A program made the translations under genes and the position numbers. Under the pieces are notes generated by a model. The model was not told where the DNA came from, searched no databases, and was given only the letters and a program-made list of their open reading frames with translations. From Vulcanimicrobiota bacterium (GTDB taxonomy: Bacteria; Vulcanimicrobiota; Vulcanimicrobiia; Vulcanimicrobiales; Vulcanimicrobiaceae), in the NCBI GenBank assembly GCA_963733295.1, contig CAVTCS010000003.1, positions 2,208,001 to 2,272,000 of the forward strand: DNA of 64,000 bases, given 5' to 3'. Position 1 is the stretch's first letter, and each line of letters begins with the position of its first letter. This document shows positions 19,283 through 29,465 of the stretch, in pieces.

Positions 19283-20728
19283 TTGGCTGACAAGCAAGTC
19301 GACGCCATCGTCATTGGTGCGGGCCCCGGCGGCTACCACGCCGCCATCCGCCTGGGACAACTGGGCAAGAGCGTCGTTTGCTTCGATCGCGACGAGGTCG
19401 GCGGAGTCTGCCTGAATTGGGGTTGCATCCCGACCAAAGCGCTGCTTCACGTCGGCGAAGTCGCGCGCCATATTCGCGAGGCCGGCAAACTCGGCCTGAC
19501 CGTCGCCGCACCCGAAATCGATCGTGCCGGAGTCGCCAAGTTTGCCGTCGACGTCGTCGGCTCGAACGTCAAGGGCGTCGAGACGCTCTTCAAAGCGAAC
19601 AACGTCCAATTTGCGTACGGCGAAGCTTCGTTCGTGTCACCGAAAGTCGTCAGCCTCAAAAAGCGCGACGGCGGCAGCGAGACGTGGGAGGCGAAGGACG
19701 CGGTCGTGATCGCGACCGGCAGCGCGCCGATCGACGTCAAGGCCTGGCCGCGCGACGGCGAGACGATCATCAACTCGGACGATGCGGTGCGGCTCAACAA
19801 GATTCCCAAATCGCTGCTCGTGATCGGCGGGGGAGTCATCGGCCTCGAGTTCGCGACCGTGTACACGCGTCTCGGCGCGAAGGTGCTGGTGGTCGAGATG
19901 CTGCCGCAAATTCTCACCGGAACTGACCTCGAGATTTCCAAGACGATGGGCCGCATCCTCAAGAAGCAAGGCGTCGAGATCGCGCTCTCGACCAAAGTTA
20001 CCTCGCTCGAGAAAACTGCAAGCGGCGTGAAAGCCGTCATTTCCGGCGAGTACACGAGCGGCAAAGACGAAACGCGCGAGTTCGAGATGGCGCTCGTCGC
20101 CGTCGGGCGCCGCCCGGTCACCGACGTTCTCAACCTCTCCGCAGCCGGTCTCGCCACCGACGAACGCGGCTTCCTAACGGTCGACGCGCAGCGCCGCACG
20201 AAGGTCCCGGGCGTCTTCGCAATCGGCGACGTCACCGGCGCACCCCTGCTCGCGCACAAAGCGATGAAGGAAGGCGTCGTCGCCGCGGAAGTCATCGCCG
20301 GCGATATCTCCTCGGCCTACGATCCGGTCGCCGTTCCCAACTGCGTTTATACCGACCCCGAGGTCGCCACCGTCGGTCTCTCCGAAGAGGAGGCGAAGGC
20401 CGCCGGTCACGAGGTGCGCATCGGCAAGTTTCCGCTGATCGCCAGCGGTCGCGCGCGCACGATGAACGAGTCCGACGGCGTGATCAAGCTGGTCGGCGAC
20501 GCCAAGAGCGATCTGTTGCTCGGCATGCACATCGTTGCGCCGCAAGCCGAGTCGCTGATCGGCGAAGGCGTCATCGCTCTCGAGATGGGCGCAACGCTCG
20601 AGGACATCGGGCTCTCGATTCACCCGCATCCGACCTTGACCGAATCGATCATGGACGCGGCCGAAGCCGCACACGGCAAAGCGATCCACATCGTCAACCC
20701 CAAGCCCAAGACTCCGGTCGGGGTGTAG
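19283..20728 (+). CDS. lpdA: Dihydrolipoamide dehydrogenase
   Basis: IGAGPGGY, GGVCLNWGCIPTK, HPHPTLTE; AAGGAG SD before TTG start. Confidence 0.97.
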   Translation: MADKQVDAIVIGAGPGGYHAAIRLGQLGKSVVCFDRDEVGGVCLNWGCIPTKALLHVGEVARHIREAGKLGLTVAAPEIDRAGVAKFAVDVVGSNVKGVETLFKANNVQFAYGEASFVSPKVVSLKKRDGGSETWEAKDAVVIATGSAPIDVKAWPRDGETIINSDDAVRLNKIPKSLLVIGGGVIGLEFATVYTRLGAKVLVVEMLPQILTGTDLEISKTMGRILKKQGVEIALSTKVTSLEKTASGVKAVISGEYTSGKDETREFEMALVAVGRRPVTDVLNLSAAGLATDERGFLTVDAQRRTKVPGVFAIGDVTGAPLLAHKAMKEGVVAAEVIAGDISSAYDPVAVPNCVYTDPEVATVGLSEEEAKAAGHEVRIGKFPLIASGRARTMNESDGVIKLVGDAKSDLLLGMHIVAPQAESLIGEGVIALEMGATLEDIGLSIHPHPTLTESIMDAAEAAHGKAIHIVNPKPKTPVGV

Positions 20729-20735
20729 GCGCCTT

Positions 20736-21389
20736 TTGGCACGCGTGCTCGATTTTGGCCGCTGCGCGTATCGCGAAGCGCTCGAGCGTCAGCGCGAAAT
20801 TCACGCGGCGGTGTCGCGCGGCGAGCAGCCCGATACCTGGATCGTCGTCGAACACGAACCCGTGGTGACGCTGGGGCGGAACTCCAAACGCGGAAATCTG
20901 CTCCTCTCGGCGTCGTCGCTGCGAACCCGAGGCGTGGATTGCGTGGAGGTCGAGCGCGGCGGGGACGCTACCTATCACGGACCGGGGCAGCTCGTCGTCT
21001 ATCCCATTTTGAAGTTGCCCCGCTTTCGCGAGATCGTGGGGCTCGTTTCGAAACTCGAACGCGGCACGATCGCGACGCTAGGCGCCTTCGGGATCGAGGC
21101 GCACGGGCGCGCAGAACATCGCGGCGTCTATGTGGGCGAGCGCGCGATCGGAGCGGTTGGGATCGCGGTGCGTCAGATGACCTCGCTGCACGGGCTTTCG
21201 CTCAACGTTTCCGTTCCGCTCGACTACGATGCCTTGATCGTGCCGTGCGGGACGCCGCAGTTTGGGATTACCTCGATGGAGCGCGAGCTGGGGCGCGAGC
21301 TTTCGCTCGATGAGGTGCGCCCGATCTTGCTGCAGGAGCTGGCCGCGGCGTTCGGCGTGCGTTTGCAAAGCGAGGCCGTCGCGTGCTGA
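20736..21389 (+). CDS. lipB: Lipoyl(octanoyl) transferase
   Basis: EHEPVVTLG, RGGDATYHGPGQLVVYP, HG, IVPCG. Confidence 0.93.
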   Translation: MARVLDFGRCAYREALERQREIHAAVSRGEQPDTWIVVEHEPVVTLGRNSKRGNLLLSASSLRTRGVDCVEVERGGDATYHGPGQLVVYPILKLPRFREIVGLVSKLERGTIATLGAFGIEAHGRAEHRGVYVGERAIGAVGIAVRQMTSLHGLSLNVSVPLDYDALIVPCGTPQFGITSMERELGRELSLDEVRPILLQELAAAFGVRLQSEAVAC

Positions 21390-21628
21390 GCGGGACGACG
21401 CCGATGCGGCGGCTGATGCTCGTGAGACGCGGCTTGATCGCGGCGACGCCCTTCGCGATCATCGGAGCGCTCTACATCGCGGGAAAGAATCAGCTCCTGG
21501 GATTGCTCGTCGTGGTGGCATTCTTCGCGATCGCGATGCGCTTCGCGCGCATTCAAGAGAAAGTCGAGGCTCAGGCGACAGCGCCGGCCGATTCGCATAC
21601 GGGAGCGGGCGAACGTGAATCGGCCTGA
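21383..21628 (+). CDS. Small hypothetical membrane protein
   Basis: Two hydrophobic segments; overlaps lipB stop and lipA start in an operon. Confidence 0.6.
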   Translation: MLSGTTPMRRLMLVRRGLIAATPFAIIGALYIAGKNQLLGLLVVVAFFAIAMRFARIQEKVEAQATAPADSHTGAGERESA

Positions 21629-22493
21629 AGTCGCAAAACCGCGCGTTCCGAAGCCCGACTGGCTCCGGGTGCGTTTGGCCCACGGTGAGAATTACGAGCT
21701 GCTCAAGGCGAAGGTCAAGAAGCTCGACCTGCACACCGTCTGTCAGGAAGCGATGTGCCCGAACATCGGCGAGTGCTGGGGCGCGGGAACCGCTACGATC
21801 ATGATCTTAGGCGACACCTGTACGCGCGGGTGCCACTTCTGCAACGTGAAGACGGGGAGTCCGCGCGGAGAGGTCGACTGGCTCGAACCCAAACGCGTAG
21901 CCGAAGCGGTGCGCGACTTGGGTTGGAAGTATCTCGTGCTGACTGCCGTCGACCGCGACGATCTCGCCGACGGCGGCGCCGCCATTTTCGCGGCGACCGT
22001 GCGCACGATCCACAAGCTCGTGCCGGATGCCAAGGTCGAGTGCTTGACCGGTGACTTCGCCGGCGACCTGAGCGCCCTCGACGTCGTGCTCGAAGCGGAA
22101 CCCGAAGTGCTCGCTCACAATCTCGAAACGGTACCGCGCTTGCAGGCGAGCGTGCGCGACAAACGCGCGAACTTCGAGCAGTCCCTCTCGATCCTGCGGC
22201 ACGCCGGCCGGAGCGGTAAGGTGCGCTATTCCAAGACGTCCTTGATGCTCGGCCTCGGCGAGACGGAACCCGAGATCGAAGCGACGATGGACGCGGCGCG
22301 GGCGGCCGGGGTCGACATCTTTACGATGGGCCAATACCTTCAGCCGACCAAACGGCACCTCGATGTCGTCGAGTTCGTGACGCCCGCGAGATTCGCGCGC
22401 CTGCGCGAGTTAGGACTCTCGAAGGGTTTCCGGCAAGTCGTTTCGAGCCCGCTTTCGCGCAGCTCGTACCACGCCGAGCAGGCATTCCATTAG
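21615..22493 (+). CDS. lipA: Lipoyl synthase
   Basis: C-x4-C-x5-C (CQEAMCPNIGEC), radical-SAM CTRGCHFC, RSSYHA. Confidence 0.97.
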   Translation: MNRPEVAKPRVPKPDWLRVRLAHGENYELLKAKVKKLDLHTVCQEAMCPNIGECWGAGTATIMILGDTCTRGCHFCNVKTGSPRGEVDWLEPKRVAEAVRDLGWKYLVLTAVDRDDLADGGAAIFAATVRTIHKLVPDAKVECLTGDFAGDLSALDVVLEAEPEVLAHNLETVPRLQASVRDKRANFEQSLSILRHAGRSGKVRYSKTSLMLGLGETEPEIEATMDAARAAGVDIFTMGQYLQPTKRHLDVVEFVTPARFARLRELGLSKGFRQVVSSPLSRSSYHAEQAFH

Positions 22494-22513
22494 CGCACCA
22501 GCGCGGTGAGCCG

Positions 22514-23017
22514 CTACGCGCGCGCGACGAAGATCAGCGCGACGCCGTTCATGCAGTAGCGCAGCCCCGTCGGTTTCGGGCCGTCGTCGAAGACGTGGCC
22601 GAGATGTCCGCCGCAACGGTGGCAGTGCACTTCGTTGCGCACATCGAAGGTCGACTTGTCGACCGAAGTTGCAACCGCGTCCGGAAGCGGGCGGAAAAAA
22701 CTCGGCCAGCCGGTGCCGCTGTCGTACTTCGTGCTCGAATCGAAAAGCGTCAAGCGGCAGCCCGCGCACGAGTACGTGCCTGGGCGCGTCTCCTTGTCGA
22801 GCGGACTCGAAAACGCCAGCTCGGTCGCGCTCTCACGCAGCACCGCGTACTGCTCGGGCGACAGGATCTTCCGCCATTCCGCGTCGCTATGCGTGACTTC
22901 GTAGCTCGCGGCCCGGGCGAACGTGCCGCCCGAGCAGAACGCCGCGCCGAAGGCAGCGATCGCGCCGAGAGCGGCGCGACGCGACGGCTGGGTTAGGAAA
23001 TCAGATCGTTCGGACAT
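22514..23017 (-). CDS. msrB: Peptide-methionine (R)-S-oxide reductase with Tat-like signal
   Basis: SRRAAL signal; KYDSGTGWPSF, GHLGHVFDDGP, RYCMN. Confidence 0.95.
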   Translation of the reverse strand: MSERSDFLTQPSRRAALGAIAAFGAAFCSGGTFARAASYEVTHSDAEWRKILSPEQYAVLRESATELAFSSPLDKETRPGTYSCAGCRLTLFDSSTKYDSGTGWPSFFRPLPDAVATSVDKSTFDVRNEVHCHRCGGHLGHVFDDGPKPTGLRYCMNGVALIFVARA

Positions 23018-23078
23018 GACACTATCATAACGCGCGGGCGGCGCAATTCGATGTGGTTTTCCTTACGCCGGCAGCCCC

Positions 23079-23837
23079 TCAACTCTTGAGGATGAGCACG
23101 GAAGCCGCGAGTACCATCAGGCCCGCGAAGCAGAGCCGCAGCCTTCGCTCGGGAAGGCGGACCGCTAACTTTACCCCGTAGGGGACCGTCAGAATGCCCC
23201 CGGCGGCGAGCGCGAAGCCGACGGGCCAGTCGACGTCCCCGGCCCGGGCGTAGGCAGCCAAGCCCGCGAGCGTTCCCGGCGCAACCAGCGCGAGCGCGAA
23301 GCCCTGCGAGACGGACTGCGAGAAGCCGAAGAGCAGCGACATCAACGGCACGGCGAAAATCGCGCCGCCGACGCTAAACATTCCCGAGAGAAATCCGCCG
23401 AACGCACCCACGAGCGCAGCGAAAGGCCAGGGCAGCAGCGGCGTGCTGCCGGTTTTGCGCGCATGCGCGAAGGCGCGGAACAGCATCGCGGCGGCGATGC
23501 AAAGCGTGAAGAGCGCGAAGGCGATGCGCAGCGGCGAACTCGGAACGTTCGTCGCGAGGTGCGCGCCGACCAGCGTCAACGGCAAGGCGGCGCCGGCGAG
23601 CGTCAGACTGAAGCGCGGATCCATTCGCGCGTGCCTAGCGTAATTCCAGAGGCCGAGGAAGACGTTCGGCACGACCATGACGAGCGACGTACCTTGCGCG
23701 TGCTGTTCGTCCAGGTTCAAGAGAACCGCCAGCAGAGGGATTGCAAATAGGCCGCCGCCGATGCCGAGAAGGCCTCCCAGAAAGCCGAAAAAAGCGCCCA
23801 ACGCAAACAGTCCGAGGAGGTCGGGGAAGGGCATCAC
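23079..23837 (-). CDS. Sulfite exporter TauE/SafE family
   Basis: Duplicated GLLGIGGG / GMFSVGG motifs, AQGTSL, multiple TM segments. Confidence 0.9.
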   Translation of the reverse strand: MMPFPDLLGLFALGAFFGFLGGLLGIGGGLFAIPLLAVLLNLDEQHAQGTSLVMVVPNVFLGLWNYARHARMDPRFSLTLAGAALPLTLVGAHLATNVPSSPLRIAFALFTLCIAAAMLFRAFAHARKTGSTPLLPWPFAALVGAFGGFLSGMFSVGGAIFAVPLMSLLFGFSQSVSQGFALALVAPGTLAGLAAYARAGDVDWPVGFALAAGGILTVPYGVKLAVRLPERRLRLCFAGLMVLAASVLILKS

Positions 23838-23922
23838 GCGGTTGCCTTGGTTCCCTGTGAGGACCGTTACTTCCGCGAAACGGTCCTAAGAGCAGCCGGG
23901 CAAGCGTCCGAAGCCGTAGTAT

Positions 23923-24282
23923 ATGGTGAGCCCTGCCTATTCATTCCGGCCAGACCGCATGGAGCGTCCATTGAGTCTCATGCCCGCGGTGGAACTTCTT
24001 TTGCGGCGGTCGACGGCTTCGCTCGTCCTCGAGCTGGCCCAAGGCCCGCAACGCTTGACCGAACTTCAGGAGAAGCACCCCCAGCTACCCGAGCACCTCT
24101 TGAGCGAAGTGCTACGCGAGCTTTCAGCCGACGGCGTCGTCGAACGGCGCGTCGATCCAGGACCGCCCTTTCGCGTCGTTTACGAACTCACCGCGGCCGG
24201 CCGCGAACTCGCTCCGACCCTCGCCAAATTGGCAGCCTGGGCCGAACGCTGGCTCGACACCGACCTGCGTTCGATCGGCTAG
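23923..24282 (+). CDS. HxlR-family winged-helix regulator
   Basis: GPQRLTEL...LSEVLRELSADGVVERR...VVYELTAAGREL; exact start uncertain. Confidence 0.85.
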   Translation: MVSPAYSFRPDRMERPLSLMPAVELLLRRSTASLVLELAQGPQRLTELQEKHPQLPEHLLSEVLRELSADGVVERRVDPGPPFRVVYELTAAGRELAPTLAKLAAWAERWLDTDLRSIG

Positions 24283-24287
24283 GCGAC

Positions 24288-25547
24288 TTAGGCGTAGACT
24301 CCGCGCACGCGCATCGACTGAACGACTCGGTTGATCGCGAGCATGTAGGCTGCGGTGCGCAGCGTTACACCGCGCATCTGCGCTAGTTCCGAAACGCGAG
24401 CGAAGTTTTCGTTCAAAACGTCGGCGAGGCGTTCGTTGACTTCGGACTCTTTCCAGAAGTAGCCCGAACGGTCTTGAGCCCACTCGAAGTACGAGACGGT
24501 CACGCCTCCGGCGTTGGCCAGGATATCCGGGATGACGACGATGCCGCGCCGGTTGAAGATCTCGTCGGCCTCGGGCGTCGTCGGCCCGTTGGCGCCTTCG
24601 ACGATGAGCTTGGCCTGAACGTTCGGAGCGTTGCGCACCGTCAGCTGTTTCTCGAGCGCAGCCGGCACGAGAACGTCGCAGGGCAACTCTAGGACCGCAT
24701 CGTTGGTGATGCGATCGCCGCCGCGATACCCGTCGAGCGAGTGGTGCTCTTGAGCGTACGCGATCGCACCGGGCACGTCGAGGCCTGCCGAGTTGTGGTA
24801 TCCGCCGGTCACGTCCGAGATCGCGACGACGGTGCAGCCCGCCTCCGCGAAGAGTTTTGCCGCGATCGAGCCGACGTTGCCGAAACCCTGAATCGCAACC
24901 CGGGCGCCACGCACCGGAATGCCCATTTGCTCCATCTGCGCCAACGCGATGAGCGACACTCCGCGACCGGTCGCTTCGACGCGTCCGCGCGAACCGCCGA
25001 TCTCGAGCGGCTTACCGGTCACGACGCCGGGGATGTGTTCGCGCCGGTGCATCGAGTAGGTATCCATGAACCAAGCCATGATCTGCGGGGTCGTGCCGAC
25101 GTCGGGCGCGGGAACGTCCTTGTCGGGCCCGACGACTTCGACCAGCTCCGCCGCGTAGCGGCGCGTAATCCGTTCCAGCTCCCCTTGCGAAAGCGTCGAG
25201 GGGTCGCAGGTGACGCCACCTTTTCCGCCGCCGAAGGGAAGATCGACGACCGCGCACTTCCAGGTCATCCAAAATGCCAGCGCCGTCACTTCATCGAGCG
25301 TGACGCCGGGATGATAACGGATGCCGCCCTTGGCCGGCCCTCGCGCGAAGTTGTACTGGACGCGATAGCCGGTAAAGACCTCGAGCTCGCCGTTGTCCCG
25401 CTGAAACGGGATCGAAAAAATGATCTGCCGCGAGGGCTTGGTCAGGAGGCGCCGCATCCGGCTGTCGAGATCCAAGTACGAGGCCGCCTCGTTGAAGTAG
25501 GCGATGGCATCGCCAAAAACCGAGACTTCGCGCACGGCGGTCAACAT
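24288..25547 (-). CDS. gdhA: Glu/Leu/Phe/Val dehydrogenase (glutamate dehydrogenase)
   Basis: GPAKGGIRY, MTWKCA, GGGKGG, DVPAPD, QGFGNVG, EGAN, NAGGVTVSYFEW. Confidence 0.93.
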   Translation of the reverse strand: MLTAVREVSVFGDAIAYFNEAASYLDLDSRMRRLLTKPSRQIIFSIPFQRDNGELEVFTGYRVQYNFARGPAKGGIRYHPGVTLDEVTALAFWMTWKCAVVDLPFGGGKGGVTCDPSTLSQGELERITRRYAAELVEVVGPDKDVPAPDVGTTPQIMAWFMDTYSMHRREHIPGVVTGKPLEIGGSRGRVEATGRGVSLIALAQMEQMGIPVRGARVAIQGFGNVGSIAAKLFAEAGCTVVAISDVTGGYHNSAGLDVPGAIAYAQEHHSLDGYRGGDRITNDAVLELPCDVLVPAALEKQLTVRNAPNVQAKLIVEGANGPTTPEADEIFNRRGIVVIPDILANAGGVTVSYFEWAQDRSGYFWKESEVNERLADVLNENFARVSELAQMRGVTLRTAAYMLAINRVVQSMRVRGVYA

Positions 25548-25684
25548 ATCGCTCAAGTTCTCCCGTCCAATTCCCTCGGAACTGACCCGCAATTTTAGGG
25601 CCGAGAAACTTTTTTCCCTACATTTGGCCAATCACACCGGGTCTACGCTCGACAAACGGTAAAACGCGCCGCGGCAGTTCGCCG

Positions 25685-26779
25685 TCACACGTTGAAGCGG
25701 AAATCGACGACATCGCCCTCCCGCATGATGTATTCTTTACCCTCGCTGCGGAGCAAGCCCGCCGCACGGACGGCCTCCTTCGAGCCCAGCCGAGCGTAGT
25801 CGCCGTACGATATGATCTCGGCGCGAATGAACCCCCGCTCGATGTCCGAGTGGATTTTTCCGGCGGCCTGGGGTGCCTTGGTACCCCGATCGATCGTCCA
25901 GGCCCGAACTTCTTTTTCTCCGGCGGTGAGAAACGTCATCAAGCCGAGCAGGTCGTAGGCTCCCAGGATCAGCCGATCCAAACCGCTTTGCTCGATCCCA
26001 AGCTCGCGGCGGAATGCCTCCGCCTCGCTTTCGGTCAGGCCTGCGAGTTCGGCTTCGATCTTGCCGCTCAGGGCAATCGCCCGGCTTCCCTCGCGCTCGG
26101 CCAAGTCGAAGACGCTGCGTGCCAGCGGCCCGGGCTTCCCGATCTGTGCCTCATCGACGTTCGCCACGTAGAGCACGGGCTTGGCGCTTAACAGGAAGCT
26201 CTCGGCGGCGAGCTGCGCCTCGAGCGAGTCCTTCGGGAACGAACGCGCCGGCTTTCCTTCCTCCAAGGCCGCCTCGAGCCGCCGTGCCGCTTCGAAGAGC
26301 GGCACGGTTTTCGGGGTCACGCGCGCTTCGCGTTCGAGCTTTTCTCGCCGCTTGGAAAGCGTTACGAGGTCGGCCAAAGCCATCTCGATATTGACGATCT
26401 CGACGTCGCGCAGGGGATCGGCCTCGCCTTCGACGTGGATCACATCTGGATCGACGAAGCAGCGCAGGACCATCGCGATCGCATCGGTCTCACGAATGTG
26501 ACTCAGAAACGCGTTGCCGAGTCCTGCTCCGGAACTGGCCCCGCGCACGAGTCCTGCGATATCGACGAAGCGAACGCTCGCGTTGACGATCTTTTGCGAG
26601 TGCTCGATCACGGCCAGTACCTGAAGGCGCTCGTCGGGAACGGGCACTTCGCCGACGTTCGGCTCGATCGTCGCGAAAGGGTAGTTGGCAGCGAGGGCTT
26701 GCGCCGAGCGCGTCAGGGCATTAAAAATGGTCGATTTACCGACGTTCGGTAGACCGACGATACCGCAGGAAAGTGCCAT
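25685..26779 (-). CDS. ychF: Redox-regulated ATPase YchF
   Basis: GIVGLPNVGKST, NYPFATIEPN, DIAGLV, C-terminal FRFNV. Confidence 0.97.
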   Translation of the reverse strand: MALSCGIVGLPNVGKSTIFNALTRSAQALAANYPFATIEPNVGEVPVPDERLQVLAVIEHSQKIVNASVRFVDIAGLVRGASSGAGLGNAFLSHIRETDAIAMVLRCFVDPDVIHVEGEADPLRDVEIVNIEMALADLVTLSKRREKLEREARVTPKTVPLFEAARRLEAALEEGKPARSFPKDSLEAQLAAESFLLSAKPVLYVANVDEAQIGKPGPLARSVFDLAEREGSRAIALSGKIEAELAGLTESEAEAFRRELGIEQSGLDRLILGAYDLLGLMTFLTAGEKEVRAWTIDRGTKAPQAAGKIHSDIERGFIRAEIISYGDYARLGSKEAVRAAGLLRSEGKEYIMREGDVVDFRFNV

Positions 26780-26850
26780 TGTGTTGAAAAGCCGACCCGT
26801 CCCGTTCGTGTCGTGCAAGGATTCGTCCTGGACACGTCGGATTTTCGAAC

Positions 26851-27324
26851 ATGCGCCAGATGAAGGTCGACAAGCTCGGCATCGACTTGCTGACCCACGA
26901 CCCCGTAGTGATCCTCAAGGATCTCGAGGGCAAGCGATACCTGCCGATCTTGATCGGTCCTTTCGAGGCAACGGCGATCGCTCTCGCCCTCGAAGGGACG
27001 CAAGTGCCGAGACCGCTCTCCCACGACCTCATGCGCACGATGCTCGAATCGCTGCACGCGTCGCTCGAGCAAATCGTCATCCACGACATCAAGGACTCGA
27101 CCTTTTTCGCCAAGCTGGTCGTGCGCCAAAACGGCGACACGCGCGAAATCGACGCACGGCCGTCCGACTGCATCGCCTTAGCGCTGCGCATGCAAGCCCC
27201 GATCTTCGTCTCGGATAAGATCGTGCTCGAGGAAACGGTCGCCGACAAGAAGGCCGAAGCCGAAGAGTCGCAACGCTTCAAGAAGTTTATCGAAGAGCTG
27301 AAGCCCAGCGACTTTCGGGAATAG
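26851..27324 (+). CDS. Bifunctional nuclease family protein (DUF151)
   Basis: LPILIGPFEATAI, RPLSHDL, IDARPSDCIALAL. Confidence 0.92.
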   Translation: MRQMKVDKLGIDLLTHDPVVILKDLEGKRYLPILIGPFEATAIALALEGTQVPRPLSHDLMRTMLESLHASLEQIVIHDIKDSTFFAKLVVRQNGDTREIDARPSDCIALALRMQAPIFVSDKIVLEETVADKKAEAEESQRFKKFIEELKPSDFRE

Positions 27325-27400
27325 AGCTTATTGCAATGGACCGGCGATCGGCTGAGGGTCGCGCGCATGTAGCTTCCGGGCGCATGTAGCGGCGCGTCTC

Positions 27401-29400
27401 ATGCGCGCGGCTAGCCTCCCCTGGTCGGTTTTGCTCGCGACGGCTGTTGCCGTCGGGGTCGCGCCCCTTGAAGGGAGGCCGCTGACCGGTATCGAGTCCC
27501 GCCTACGCGACGTCTTCGCCGCTCGCGTCACCTTCGCCGCTCGCCGCGTCACCGTCGCCGTTGCCGTCACCGTCGCCGTTGCCACCCGTCGCGACTCCGC
27601 GTACGACACCGCAAGCGACGCCGCTACCGCCCGCGGAAGCCGAGCTCGGAAGCGACGACACGCGTCGTCGAACTGCAAGAGGGCGCGCTTGCCATCGAAT
27701 CGCGCGGTGCGGGAACGACCGTCGTCGATGCCGATGCCATCCGTCTCGCCACCAGGATTACTCGGCGACGAAAGGGCCGTTCGGAAACGCCCGCTTACGA
27801 GCGCGATCCTTCTGACGTTCGGCGTTTCGCCGGCCGCGATCCGAACGGCAGAGCCGGGTCAGCCCAGCCAACTCGTCGTTCTCCTTCGTCACCCGATCGC
27901 GGCCCAGGCCGACTCGCTGCGAAAGGCAGAGGCGTTCATCCAGGGGTCCGACGCTTCGAATATCCCTGGCAAGGTCGTCGACGATTGCAATGCATTGAGT
28001 CGTCGCGCCGATCTAGCCGCCGACGAAGATGCGCGAAGCAACGTCGGCGAGATCCTGAGCCTTTTCGGCGCCCGCACCTCCGGCGTTGCGCCGCACCCCG
28101 TTCCGAGCGGCGAGAACCGGGGAGGCGAAAACGTCGTTTGCGGGCACGGCAAGTTACTCAACATCAGCTGGGCAGCTCCGTTTGACGATGACACGACCGA
28201 TCTCGAGGTGCGCGTCAGCCGAGTGGTCGACGAGGATCTATTCGGCAAAAACGCAAGGCCCGCACACTTAGACCGCGCCCCGAAGAAGCCGGCCCGTACC
28301 GCGAAGATCCGGGACTCAAGAACGCAGCGCGCTGCGCGCCCGGTACGCCGTGACCCCGGGCGATGCGATCGTCTTTGCGACCGGTAGAGCGAGCGTTGCG
28401 GCAGCCTCATTTGCCGGGCTTTTTATGCCCGCCCTGGCTGCCGAGAGCGCAGAGTGGCGCGCCGATGCGGCGGTCGCGGCTCTCGGTTACCGGCTTGGCG
28501 CGCCACAAGGTCTCATCGTCTACCCGCCGCTCGGCGTCGAGAACTGCTGCCCTCCGGAGTCGCCGCCTGATATATTCAGCGTGCCGCCTGTGCGATTTGT
28601 CGGCATGTTCTTCGGGATGTCGCGCGACGCGATGGGAACGCCGCCTTCGGAATCAGGCTATAAGCGTGTCACGCCGGAGCCTGTGCCGCTAGACAATCCG
28701 ATGCGGTGGCAGCGGCCGTTGGATGCCGGCGCCTGGTCCCGCTGCGTGCAACCAATGGTTCCTTGCATTCGAGCACCGGGGTTGAAGTGGACGTCCCAGC
28801 CGAGTACGTGTACTTGGCGTTCTGGTTCTGGCCGTCGGACCGGCCCTTTACGGAAACAGAAAAACAAGTGTTCAGAGACACCGCGCAGCGCTTGATAGGC
28901 AACGCCGGCGACGTCGATCTCCTTGTTTCACCCGAAGATCAATCGGACTTCGTCCATAAGCGCCCGTTCGCGGGTGTTGGTGCCGCTGGGCGCGTTACGT
29001 CGTTAGTCGCGGCCGCCCAGTCCTTTCAGACCAGATCGCACGCCAATGCTCGCGCCTTTTTCGAGCCACTGAGAACCGACTGCGCCGAGCCCGAACGGGC
29101 GGCGGTCGCCGGTGCTGCAATCGAAGCGAGGGTAGATGCTCAGAGGATCGCCAAAGAGGATTTGTCGGGGTCGCCGCGATTGCAGGCTGTCGACGTCGTC
29201 GGTCCCTACTTGCGGAAAGGCGCCTGTGATTCGGCTGCGACACCCTGGGCGCCGAAATTCCCTACCCTCGACCTGCGCAAATTTGACCTTCATCTCGACG
29301 AGGTGGCGAACCGGTGCTCAGATTCGAGGCCGTCGTCGGCCTCCAATATGCGAGCGACTAACTGCCCGTTGACCGGGCCAGGCGCGGGAGTGGCGCACTC
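27401..29400 (+). pseudogene. Multiply frameshifted gene for a secreted Pro-rich-linker protein, possibly with SIMPL-like domains
   Basis: Signal-like N-terminus in the 27401 frame, SPSPL linker in the 27561 frame, protein-like segments alternating between frames (28350, 28706); end coordinate approximate. Confidence 0.45.
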
Positions 29401-29465
29401 CTCCGCGAACCGGAGGGCGGGCGCGGCGAAACTTTTTCCGCGCATAACTCTTACAAGAGGAGTCG

